Origin: Nemertoderma westbladi
Taxonomy: Eukaryota; Animalia; Xenacoelomorpha
Length of the DNA: 44,095 bases
NCBI GenBank assembly: GCA_032718475.1
Contig: JAUCBJ010003105.1
Span: 1 to 44,095, forward strand
Direction of reading: 5' to 3'
In this document: positions 34,986-44,095 of the stretch, piece after piece
Numbering within the stretch: position 1 is the first letter of the stretch
Layout of the letters: every line of letters begins with the position of its first letter
The notes under the pieces: generated by a model
The model's input: the letters and a program-made list of their open reading frames with translations, nothing else
Told to the model about the DNA's origin: nothing
Databases searched by the model: none
Translations under genes and position numbers: made by a program

Positions 34986-35834
34986 TTAGTCTTTCTTACG
35001 CGAACGGCGTTTACGCAATTTTTTGAGGCTAGCAAGAGTCCTTTTCTCTTTGGGGCGAGCCACTTTACTAGGAGGGCTATAACTCCTGGGTGAAGGGTGC
35101 AATACAATTGCATCGGAAGGTTTAGGATTACGGTCGGTGTATCCGCCGGTCGAGGTACCCGGTTGATCGATATCAACCTCAGTGGAGTGAGGTCGAACAA
35201 CCTTCAGAGTGCGTTTCAGTACAGCAGCTCTTACTGGTCCCTGACGAGTCGTTTGCACGAGAGCGGTAGGTGGACCGTGAGTAGTGAGAAATTTCCTCGG
35301 TTTGATGGTTCTTTCTAACTCGCGTTCTCGGGCTCTATATTCATAGGGTCGTCTATGAACTTCCTGTAGCTCTGGATGCGAGTTGATGAACAAATCGCCA
35401 TATTCCGGATCTTGACGAATGAAGTTGATCAAGTTATAGGAATTAAGATCGTTGGGATTAATGTTCCTGAGATATTTACGAACAAATTTGGTTGAAATAC
35501 TCTCGCCAATACGCTTCATTAGTTCGTAACTCGGTGTGCGAGATTTTTGTTCAACAGACGCGAATAGATAAGGGTGGAATGCATAAACTCCTTCGTAGGC
35601 GCGTCCAGGGTAATAGCGATGACGTGACTCACAATGTAAATCCGCGTTCGCTTCCCAGGCTCGGATGTAGCGTAGGGTAATCATTTCATCTCCCTTTTCC
35701 AGATCGCGGTTGAAAGGGCAATCAAAACTTGCATGTCCTTTAAACTGACAATGATGGCATTGAGTCATAAATTGGGGGCAGACTGCGAAAATGTGCAAGT
35801 TATTGAGTCTACAATACGCACAATAGATCTCCAT
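34986..35834 (-). CDS. CCHC zinc-knuckle protein with basic C-terminus (copy 1); frame stays open upstream to 35993
   Basis: CAYCRLNNLHIFAVC and CHHCQFKGHASFDC; K/R-rich tail KKLRKRRSRKK; an upstream in-frame extension has CRLCASRDH...C. Confidence 0.65.
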   Translation of the reverse strand: MEIYCAYCRLNNLHIFAVCPQFMTQCHHCQFKGHASFDCPFNRDLEKGDEMITLRYIRAWEANADLHCESRHRYYPGRAYEGVYAFHPYLFASVEQKSRTPSYELMKRIGESISTKFVRKYLRNINPNDLNSYNLINFIRQDPEYGDLFINSHPELQEVHRRPYEYRARERELERTIKPRKFLTTHGPPTALVQTTRQGPVRAAVLKRTLKVVRPHSTEVDIDQPGTSTGGYTDRNPKPSDAIVLHPSPRSYSPPSKVARPKEKRTLASLKKLRKRRSRKKD

Positions 35835-35993
35835 TGTAGGCTGTTCATGGAAGTAGGAGCAGGGTACGTTGGAGTCTACAGGGGTGAAATGGTCTCGAGA
35901 TGCGCATAATCGGCAACGTTTCCTAGAGTCATAATTGGCATGCCGATAATCGTACGCGGTGAGACATTGTGGACCCTGATACCATTCTAGGAC

Positions 35994-38900
35994 TTAGTCG
36001 TTGTCACTGCTCCGAGGTGCGGTGGGCTGAATCTCCTCGGATTCTAAGCATATTGGTTCGTCTTCCAATTGCATAGCTGAGGTAGGTGTGGCTGTCTCCA
36101 CAAGCGAACCCAGTGTCTGAACTTCCACGATAGAATAACCCGTGGGGATTCGAGGTCTTTGTATAACAGAGGAATGTAAGTTCTGTATACAAACGTCCTT
36201 GAAAATGGCGAATCCAGCCCTGTCCAACTTCTCAGCAGCTGAGTCTCTTAGGCTGAGCTTGGTCAGAGCGCGGTCCTTGAACTGACTATCAACGTTACGG
36301 AACGGAGTCAGAAAGCGCCTGAAGCATTCGAAGCGGATGAATTTATTGTGTTCATCTAGCTTGGCGAGTTTGGTTCCAAGTATTAAGGGATGGGCGCATA
36401 TAGTTCGACTGCACACATCGGCTAGCCAACCGGCAAGTGCGGCGTTTTCGAAGATAGTGTATATAGCTAATGAGGGACGAAGTGGAACACTCATGAAGCT
36501 ATACACGATGCCAGGTGCGGTTAATGGTCCGTCAAAGTATAATCGAGAATAATGATCTCCATATACTTGTTGATAGTTGATAGGGTTTCCGACTTTGAAA
36601 TTCCATCCGTATTCTTGAAAGGCAAGATGTCCGATGGAAGTTCGTTGTACTTTATTGATGCCGCTGGGTGTATTGGCATACATAGTTCGGAAGAAACCTC
36701 GGCCTTCTGCCCAGGGAGCAATCAGCTGAGTATCTACGAAAAGATAAGGGATATTCTCCATGTTCCTAAAGTCGTTTTGGAGATCTCCATAAACAGCTGA
36801 GCCGATTTTAAGGATTCTTTCGTTAAACAACATCTCAAGCACGGGCTGAGGTAACATCGATCCATCGATACCCATGGCCGGTTTGCGCTCGGTGTCGGTG
36901 ACGTAACGCTGCGCGAGTTCGAATTGTCCATGTCGGAGTTTCTTTTGTATCTCGGTGAGGGTCTCAAAAGAATAATCAATCACGTCGGAACACGCTCGAG
37001 TAAACACGTGGGTAGAACCAGCTAGTCCTCGTATATGTATCATGCGCGTAGTTCCCAGTTCTCCAACCGGAACGCTACCTTCGTTATCGTATGTGACAAC
37101 TCCATACATTTCGATAACGTTAAGAGTTTCATTCCACTCTTTAGTGGCGTTTTCTAGGGTCATCCCCACTGGATGCCACAAGGTGGCGCATTCGCTAGCG
37201 TTAGGTAGATCCCTATACTTCAGATACTGTGTAGTATACGTCTCTACATCTCCATATCGTTGTATTCTCTCCTCCTCGAATAACACGTCGAGATTCCAGT
37301 GGACTAATCGAGTTTTGATAAATCCATCGAGATTATACGGAGGTATTATATCCTTCTCTATTCTGGAAACATTGTAGGGTTTTCGGAATGAGTTTACTTT
37401 CACTAACTGATCCAGATGTTTCTGCAGTTGTTCGAGTTCGACAAGATCGAGAGGATTTATTAGTGGTAGAAACCTTAGACTATGTGTAGGATCTTCCGGT
37501 TTTACCATGTAATATTGAGTTAGATTGACATAATAAGGGTGATCTTTGATCCCATAAAACGAGTTTGGTAAAGATCTGGCGCGTATGTTGACCTCATGTA
37601 CCATACGACGGACAAGATCCGCTCGATTGTCCGGAGGTTGAACGAGTATACCGTCGACACGAGCGGCCTCGATTGGCGGACGCTGTAACATAGGAGCGTC
37701 AGCGATAAGATCTCGAGATCTTAGGTTGATATCAACCGGTTGGGGTTGTACCGTTGCAAAGAGTTTGTCTCCGAAATGGGGAACCATCGATGGATGAATG
37801 ATGGTTTTGGAGTAGAGATCCGTCATAAGGATTTGAGCTTCGGGTTGGGCTAAAGCTGCTTCTTCTCTTTCATCCATTTCGATGTGTTTCTCCTCGAGCT
37901 GATTTTCCTCCGCTTGTCGTTGTAAGCGTTCGTCTAAAAACTCTTGTAGAGAATAGGTTCGTCCAAGTTCGATATCTTCCTCGAGGTTCTGGATTTCTCG
38001 ATCGAACTGGGGTAAGGCGAACTCCTTCACCGCTTGGACTTGTTGCTGCAATTTGCGTTTCTCTAAACAATCATAAGTTCCTTTTCCTATCTTCTGCCGA
38101 ATAGCGTCTAACGCATTTCGTACAACGCTCTCCTCGACTTCGGTGACGGGTTGTATCGGGGTTAACCCAGGACGATTGTATGGGTTGAACAGCGATATTA
38201 GATGTCCGCATCCTAATCCGGCTAGGTAGGATGGGCGAATATCTAGCGAGCCCACTACCGGAGTGCCACCGATTAATTGTTCGGGTAACACAAGATCTTT
38301 GAATAGTGAATACAGTTCAGGAGGATCCGTTATACTATTAGGATCAAGAGTTTGAGGTCTCACTAGGGAATGAGGAGGTCTGACCGAATATTCCGGAACT
38401 CTGATCATGGGTTTATTCAAGGATCGTTTGAGGCAAGCGATCGTAGGTGATACGTCAAACAAGTTTCGCTCGAAACTCCCATAAGTATAGCGAGTAAAAC
38501 TGTGTTTAGCGCAACGTCTCCGCGGATGTTTATGTCTTTCCGTTTGTTGGTTGGGTCTAAGGCATTCATCGCAATAATACCAAAGACACACGTCCTGTAG
38601 AGGAAACGCGGGTGACCGCTCTCCAATTTTACAATATTCCTCCATCTGTTCGAAGCTATCCGGGACAACAGGTAGCGGTCGATCGGCGGTAAGATACATC
38701 ATAGTGAAATAGAGCCGTTTGAGTTCTATCATAGGGTCATGATGTATACCTTGAGGATATCGAGTTTCTAGATTTTGTTGGCTGGCAATATTGAGATATG
38801 TTTCTCTCAAGAATTCCAGATATTCGTTGAAGTCACTGCGTTTATCCGGCTCTTCAACGTCTTCTCCTTCGAGTCGGTTTCGAATAGAATTATCGTGTTC

Positions 38901-39131
38901 GATTCTCGGTTTATCGTTCCGACTCCGCTGGGTATGATATTTAAAGATAACCATTTCCCTTTCGGTGTCTACATCGTCCGTATCGTGTAAATCGATAGGA
39001 TGGCCAGTAGTTAAGAAGTCCATATACGTACCATTACGATGCGTATAGCGAGCGGTGAATTTTCTATAGTCCAATTCACGTGTGAGTTGTTCCTTGGACA
39101 TTGGTGGTTCGATATAACGGCCATCGGCCAT
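35994..39131 (-). CDS. Uncharacterised 1045-aa protein (from first ATG, MADGRY) with Cys/His cluster, coiled coil and putative DEDDy 3'-5' exonuclease-like domain (copy 1)
   Basis: Non-repetitive ORF over 3 kb; VVTYDNEG (ExoI-like), LPQPVLEMLFNERILKIGSAVYGD (ExoII-like, WRN/EXD type), FVDTQLIA, SIGHLAFQEYG, and RPSLAIYTIFE (degenerate ExoIII). Confidence 0.72.
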   Translation of the reverse strand: MADGRYIEPPMSKEQLTRELDYRKFTARYTHRNGTYMDFLTTGHPIDLHDTDDVDTEREMVIFKYHTQRSRNDKPRIEHDNSIRNRLEGEDVEEPDKRSDFNEYLEFLRETYLNIASQQNLETRYPQGIHHDPMIELKRLYFTMMYLTADRPLPVVPDSFEQMEEYCKIGERSPAFPLQDVCLWYYCDECLRPNQQTERHKHPRRRCAKHSFTRYTYGSFERNLFDVSPTIACLKRSLNKPMIRVPEYSVRPPHSLVRPQTLDPNSITDPPELYSLFKDLVLPEQLIGGTPVVGSLDIRPSYLAGLGCGHLISLFNPYNRPGLTPIQPVTEVEESVVRNALDAIRQKIGKGTYDCLEKRKLQQQVQAVKEFALPQFDREIQNLEEDIELGRTYSLQEFLDERLQRQAEENQLEEKHIEMDEREEAALAQPEAQILMTDLYSKTIIHPSMVPHFGDKLFATVQPQPVDINLRSRDLIADAPMLQRPPIEAARVDGILVQPPDNRADLVRRMVHEVNIRARSLPNSFYGIKDHPYYVNLTQYYMVKPEDPTHSLRFLPLINPLDLVELEQLQKHLDQLVKVNSFRKPYNVSRIEKDIIPPYNLDGFIKTRLVHWNLDVLFEEERIQRYGDVETYTTQYLKYRDLPNASECATLWHPVGMTLENATKEWNETLNVIEMYGVVTYDNEGSVPVGELGTTRMIHIRGLAGSTHVFTRACSDVIDYSFETLTEIQKKLRHGQFELAQRYVTDTERKPAMGIDGSMLPQPVLEMLFNERILKIGSAVYGDLQNDFRNMENIPYLFVDTQLIAPWAEGRGFFRTMYANTPSGINKVQRTSIGHLAFQEYGWNFKVGNPINYQQVYGDHYSRLYFDGPLTAPGIVYSFMSVPLRPSLAIYTIFENAALAGWLADVCSRTICAHPLILGTKLAKLDEHNKFIRFECFRRFLTPFRNVDSQFKDRALTKLSLRDSAAEKLDRAGFAIFKDVCIQNLHSSVIQRPRIPTGYSIVEVQTLGSLVETATPTSAMQLEDEPICLESEEIQPTAPRSSDND

Positions 39132-40590
39132 AAATAACGGCCATAAATAAAACTGACAGAAATAAATAAGCTCTAAAAGAAACAAGGGGTATACTGTCCC
39201 TAATCTCTTAAACAGCCTACCAATATACAATATCACAATCGAAATAATACTGGTACCAGTAAGTACCGGTTCGGGTGGTTAGGTAGTTAGGCCTACAGGT
39301 TACCGTCCGACCGGTACAGTCGAATTTATTGCCTACGTGCAATCAAAACAAAAATATATTATTGTTCGCGCTTTCAGACCTTTAGCAGTTTAACCTGCCA
39401 ATTTTAGGTGTCCTCTTGTTTATAAATCGACTTTAGCCTATAACAATTATTTAATGCACATGAAGTAACATTAGCCGAAGCCAGTCTATGCGCGATCATT
39501 CACCCACATTTAAGGGAGACTGAATTCGGGTGCTTTGAAGTTATTGCGTTGCAGACCTACTGTATTATTCGATTGATCGTTACTATATAATCTCTGACAA
39601 TATTATTCACTTTCGGGGAAATATTAACTGTTCCTTTAGGACGTGGCGCTTTAAGTATAAAACAGAGTTATGACTTATACTAAACACAATGAGATGGCTA
39701 ATGATTTTCGTAAATAGCGCATTCTTTAGGAGATGCTTTATTATCTGTCACACTACTGCACACGACTTCACACTGCTGCACACTGATCTGCCGACCGTCA
39801 CTGAATTTGACCATATATAAGGAGGATAGTAACTGACACATGTAGGGATTATGAAATAGCATTTAATGCACACTAAAACCACTGTAATGTAAGTTGCAAT
39901 TGCTACCGGTAACAGGTCCCTCTTACCTTCAGTAATCAAGAAGATTGGGGTTTTATGATTATTTATCGATATTCTCCAAATATAACAACATATCCATCAA
40001 CATATTACAATTAATAACAGACAGTAAAATAATGCAGTTTTATTATACAGCAATGTTTCAGGTCAGATGTGTGACCGTAGATGAGTTGAGATATTAGATT
40101 TACGTTCTTATAATCAAAGCCGTCTAATGTTGGCCAAAGTCTGAAACTTCTAACACAGAAGTACAGAATAATTTCCAAGCAGTTGTTCTCGCTCAGAAAG
40201 GTAAACAAAGACCTTAATGCATTGCGCGCTTTTCCGTAGGCCTCTGTGCAAGATAAAATGAAAATCGCTCTGATTGGCCGAGCGAGCTGAACAAAGAAGT
40301 TCCACATCGACAGTAAATCAGCTGACAGATTTCGTCATCTGAACTACACTCTATTTAGAGTATTTGGCGTATTGCGGCATAAAATGGCTTGTTATGTCCG
40401 CTAAAACACCTACAGGGTACATTGCGGAGAAAATGGCTTGTTATGTCCGCTAAAACAACTAAACAGTTCATTGCGGAGAAAATGACTGGTTATATCTGCA
40501 AAAGCTTTTACACCGCTCCCAGAAAATGGGATTTAATTCTATAAAATATAAAAAATCACAGTTTCTAAAATATAAAAATACTCTAAACAG

Positions 40591-41439
40591 TTAGTCTTTC
40601 TTACGCGAACAGCGTTTACGCAATTTTTTGAGGCTAGCAAGAGTCCTTTTCTCTTTGGGGCGAGCCACTTTACTAGGAGGGCTATAACTCCTGGGTGAAG
40701 GGTGCAATACAATTGCATCGGAAGGTTTAGGATTACGGTCGGTGTATCCGCCGGTCGAGGTACCCGGTTGATCGATATCAACCTCAGTGGAGTGAGGTCG
40801 AACAACCTTCAGAGTACGTTTCAGTACAGCAGCTCTTACTGGTCCCTGACGAGTCGTTTGCACGAGAGCGGTAGGTGGACCGTGAGTAGTGAGAAATTTC
40901 CTCGGTTTGATGGTTCTTTCTAACTCGCGTTCTCGGGCTCTATATTCATAGGGTCGTCTATGAACTTCCTGTAGCTCTGGATGCGAGTTGATGAACAAAT
41001 CGCCATATTCCGGATCTTGACGAATGAAGTTGATCAAGTTATAGGAATTAAGATCGTTGGGATTAATGTTCCTGAGATATTTACGAACAAATTTGGTTGA
41101 AATACTCTCCCCAACACGCTTCATTAGTTCGTAACTCGGTGTGCGAGATTTTTGTTCAACAGACGCGAATAGATAAGGGTGGAACGCATAAACTCCTTCG
41201 TAGGCGCGTCCAGGGTAATAGCGATGACGTGACTCACAATGTAAATCCGCGTTCGCTTCCCAGGCTCGGATGTAGCGTAGGGTAATCATTTCATCTCCCT
41301 TTTCCAGATCGCGGTTGAAAGGGCAATCAAAACTTGCATGTCCTTTAAACTGACAATGATGGCATTGAGTCATAAATTGGGGGCAGACTGCGAAAATGTG
41401 CAAGTTATTGAGTCTACAATACGCACAATAGATCTCCAT
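40591..41439 (-). CDS. CCHC zinc-knuckle protein (copy 2)
   Basis: Differs from copy 1 at 2 residues (I>V, R>C). Confidence 0.65.
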   Translation of the reverse strand: MEIYCAYCRLNNLHIFAVCPQFMTQCHHCQFKGHASFDCPFNRDLEKGDEMITLRYIRAWEANADLHCESRHRYYPGRAYEGVYAFHPYLFASVEQKSRTPSYELMKRVGESISTKFVRKYLRNINPNDLNSYNLINFIRQDPEYGDLFINSHPELQEVHRRPYEYRARERELERTIKPRKFLTTHGPPTALVQTTRQGPVRAAVLKRTLKVVRPHSTEVDIDQPGTSTGGYTDRNPKPSDAIVLHPSPRSYSPPSKVARPKEKRTLASLKKLRKRCSRKKD

Positions 41440-41598
41440 TGTAGGCTGTTCATGGAAGTAGGAGCAGGGTACGTTGGAGTCTACAGGGGTGAAATGGTCT
41501 CGAGATGCGCATAATCGGCAACGTTTCCTAGAGTCATAATTGGCATGCCGATAATCGTACGCGGTGAGACATTGTGGACCCTGATACCATTCTAGGAC

Positions 41599-44095
41599 TT
41601 AGTCGTTGTCACTGCTCCGAGGTGCGGTGGGCTGAATCTCCTCGGATTCTAAGCATATTGGTTCGTCTTCCAATTGCATAGCTGAGGTAGGTGTGGCTGT
41701 CTCCACAAGCGAACCCAGTGTCTGAACTTCCACGATAGAATAACCCGTGGGGATTCGAGGTCTTTGTATAACAGAGGAATGTAAGTTCTGTATACAAACG
41801 TCCTTGAAAATGGCGAATCCAGCGCTGTCCAACTTCTCAGCAGCTGAGTCTCTTAGGCTGAGCTTGGTCAGAGCGCGGTCCTTGAACTGACTATCAACGT
41901 TACGGAACGGAGTCAGAAAGCGCCTGAAGCATTCGAAGCGGATGAATTTATTGTGTTCATCTAGCTTGGCGAGTTTGGTTCCAAGTATTAAGGGATGGGC
42001 GCATATAGTACGACTGCACACATCGGCTAGCCAACCGGCAAGTGCGGCGTTTTCGAAGATAGTGTATATAGCTAATGAGGGACGAAGTGGAACACTCATG
42101 AAGCTATACACGATGCCAGGTGCGGTTAATGGTCCGTCAAAGTATAATCGAGAATAATGATCTCCATATACTTGTTGATAGTTGATAGGGTTTCCGACTT
42201 TGAAATTCCATCCGTATTCTTGAAAGGCAAGATGTCCGATGGAAGTTCGTTGTACTTTATTGATGCCGCTGGGTGTATTGGCATACATAGTTCGGAAGAA
42301 ACCTCGGCCTTCTGCCCAGGGAGCAATCAGCTGAGTATCTACGAAAGGATAAGGGATATTCTCCATGTTCCTAAAGTCGTTTTGGAGATCTCCATAAACA
42401 GCTGAGCCGATTTTAAGGATTCTTTCGTTAAACAACATCTCGAGCACGGGCTGAGGTAACATCGATCCATCGATACCCATGGCCGGTTTGCGCTCGGTGT
42501 CGGTGACGTAACGCTGCGCAAGTTCGAATTGTCCATGTCGGAGTTTCTTTTGTATCTCGGTGAGGGTCTCAAAAGAATAATCAATCACGTCGGAACACGC
42601 TCGAGTAAACACGTGGGTAGAACCAGCTAGTCCTCGTATATGTATCATGCGCGTAGTTCCCAGTTCTCCAACCGGAACGCTACCTTCGTTATCGTAAGTG
42701 ACAACTCCATACATTTCGATAACGTTAAGAGTTTCGTTCCACTCTTTAGTGGCGTTTTCTAGGGTCATCCCCACTGGATGCCACAAGGTGGCACATTCGC
42801 TAGCGTTAGGTAGATCCCTATACTTCAGATACTGTGTAGTATACGTCTCTACATCTCCATATCGTTGTATTCTCTCCTCCTCGAATAACACGTCGAGATT
42901 CCAGTGGACTAATGGAGTTTTGATAAATCCATCGAGATTATACGGAGGTATTATATCCTTCTCTATTCTGGAAACATTGTAGGGTTTTCGGAATGAGTTT
43001 ACTTTCACTAACTGATCCAGATGTTTCTGCAGTTGTTCGAGTTCGACAAGATCGAGAGGATTTATTAGTGGTAGAAACCTTAGACTATGTGTAGGATCTT
43101 CCGGTTTTACCATGTAATATTGAGTTAGATTGACATAATAAGGGTGATCTTTGATCCCATAAAACGAGTTTGGTAAAGATCTGGCGCGTATGTTGACCTC
43201 ATGTACCATACGACGGACAAGATCCGCTCGATTGTCCGGAGGTTCAACGAGTATACCGTCGACACGAGCGGCCTCGATTGGCGGACGCTGTAACATAGGA
43301 GCGTCAGCGATAAGATCTCGAGATCTTAGGTTGATATCAACCGGTTGGGGTTGTACCGTTGCAAAGAGTTTGTCTCCGAAATGGGGAACCATCGATGGAT
43401 GAATGATGGTTTTGGAGTAGAGATCCGTCATAAGGATTTGAGCTTCGGGTTGGGCTAAAGCTGCTTCTTCTCTTTCATCCATTTCGATGTGTTTCTCCTC
43501 GAGCTGATTTTCCTCCGCTTGTCGTTGTAAGCGTTCGTCTAAAAACTCTTGTAGAGAATAGGTTCGTCCAAGTTCGATATCTTCCTCGAGGTTCTGGATT
43601 TCTCGATCGAACTGGGGTAAGGCCAACTCCTTCACCGCTTGGACTTGTTGCTGCAATTTGCGTTTCTCTAAACAATCATAAGTTCCTTTTCCTATCTTCT
43701 GCCGAATAGCGTCTAACGCATTTCGTACAACGCTCTCCTCGACTTCGGTGACGGGTTGTATCGGGGTTAACCCAGGATGATTGTATGGGTTGAACAGCGA
43801 TATTAGATGTCCGCATCCTAATCCGGCTAGGTAGGATGGGCGAATATCTAGCGAGCCCACTACCGGAGTGCCACCGATTAATTGTTCGGGTAACACAAGA
43901 TCTTTGAATAGTGAATACAGTTCAGGAGGATCCGTTATACTATTAGGATCAAGAGTTTGAGGTCTCACTAGGGAATGAGGAGGTCTGACCGAATATTCCG
44001 GAACTCTGATCATGGGTTTATTCAAGGATCGTTTGAGGCAAGCGATCGTAGGTGATACGTCAAACAAGTTTCGCTCGAAACTCCCATAAGTATAG
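41599..44095 (-). CDS. Exonuclease-like long ORF (copy 2), 5' part outside the window
   Basis: Same protein as copy 1 with 6 visible amino-acid differences. Confidence 0.72.
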   Translation of the reverse strand, partial: YTYGSFERNLFDVSPTIACLKRSLNKPMIRVPEYSVRPPHSLVRPQTLDPNSITDPPELYSLFKDLVLPEQLIGGTPVVGSLDIRPSYLAGLGCGHLISLFNPYNHPGLTPIQPVTEVEESVVRNALDAIRQKIGKGTYDCLEKRKLQQQVQAVKELALPQFDREIQNLEEDIELGRTYSLQEFLDERLQRQAEENQLEEKHIEMDEREEAALAQPEAQILMTDLYSKTIIHPSMVPHFGDKLFATVQPQPVDINLRSRDLIADAPMLQRPPIEAARVDGILVEPPDNRADLVRRMVHEVNIRARSLPNSFYGIKDHPYYVNLTQYYMVKPEDPTHSLRFLPLINPLDLVELEQLQKHLDQLVKVNSFRKPYNVSRIEKDIIPPYNLDGFIKTPLVHWNLDVLFEEERIQRYGDVETYTTQYLKYRDLPNASECATLWHPVGMTLENATKEWNETLNVIEMYGVVTYDNEGSVPVGELGTTRMIHIRGLAGSTHVFTRACSDVIDYSFETLTEIQKKLRHGQFELAQRYVTDTERKPAMGIDGSMLPQPVLEMLFNERILKIGSAVYGDLQNDFRNMENIPYPFVDTQLIAPWAEGRGFFRTMYANTPSGINKVQRTSIGHLAFQEYGWNFKVGNPINYQQVYGDHYSRLYFDGPLTAPGIVYSFMSVPLRPSLAIYTIFENAALAGWLADVCSRTICAHPLILGTKLAKLDEHNKFIRFECFRRFLTPFRNVDSQFKDRALTKLSLRDSAAEKLDSAGFAIFKDVCIQNLHSSVIQRPRIPTGYSIVEVQTLGSLVETATPTSAMQLEDEPICLESEEIQPTAPRSSDND

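Larger units (their letters stand above)
33757..39361. mobile_element. 5605-bp tandem unit, copy 1 (unclassified coding repeat)
   Basis: TTGTTCGCGCTTTCAGACC starts at 33757 and 39362; all ORFs are offset by exactly 5605 bp. The duplication is certain; mobility is inferred. Confidence 0.75.
39362..44095. mobile_element. 5605-bp tandem unit, copy 2 (runs off the window)
   Basis: Near-identical to copy 1, with scattered substitutions and no net indel. Confidence 0.75.

Noticed and set aside
39132-39236. Listed non-ATG start of the 1080-aa ORF
   Set aside because: GTG start in a eukaryotic context with an AT-rich, intron/UTR-like first 35 codons; the first ATG at 39131 is preferred.
33757-39361. 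5605-bp unit as a Helitron, LTR element, LINE or rDNA/histone repeat
   Set aside because: No TC...CTRR ends with hairpin at the visible junction, no Rep/helicase, RT or integrase motifs, no LTRs, and no rRNA or histone sequence recognised.

Overview
Eukaryotic (animal-like, AT-rich, GT-AG spliced) genomic DNA; not prokaryotic, so there are no operons or CRISPR arrays. The backbone is a + strand DIP2 (disco-interacting protein 2) gene, of which eight internal coding exons (5332-22334) can be spliced in frame. The next expected exon is not in the window. Three intact intronless genes lie in or after its introns: an immunity-related (IRG/IIGP-like) GTPase (-), glucosidase II beta/PRKCSH (-) and mitochondrial aspartate aminotransferase GOT2 (+). 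The introns also hold an APE-RT LINE, several MITE/hAT/foldback-type elements, tRNA-derived sequences and satellites of 53, 26, 48, 14, 12 and 37 bp. Two things stand out. (1) A 48-bp minisatellite made from a DIP2 exon end plus its splice donor gives 24 in-frame, stop-free candidate donors. (2) A head-to-tail 5605-bp unit (33757 to the window end) abuts a 14-bp satellite. Its long ORF carries a DEDDy/WRN-type 3'-5' exonuclease-like domain and is separated by a single in-frame TAA from a region with three zinc knuckles; no RT, transposase or integrase is recognisable. All protein assignments come from motif recognition by eye; no searches were run.
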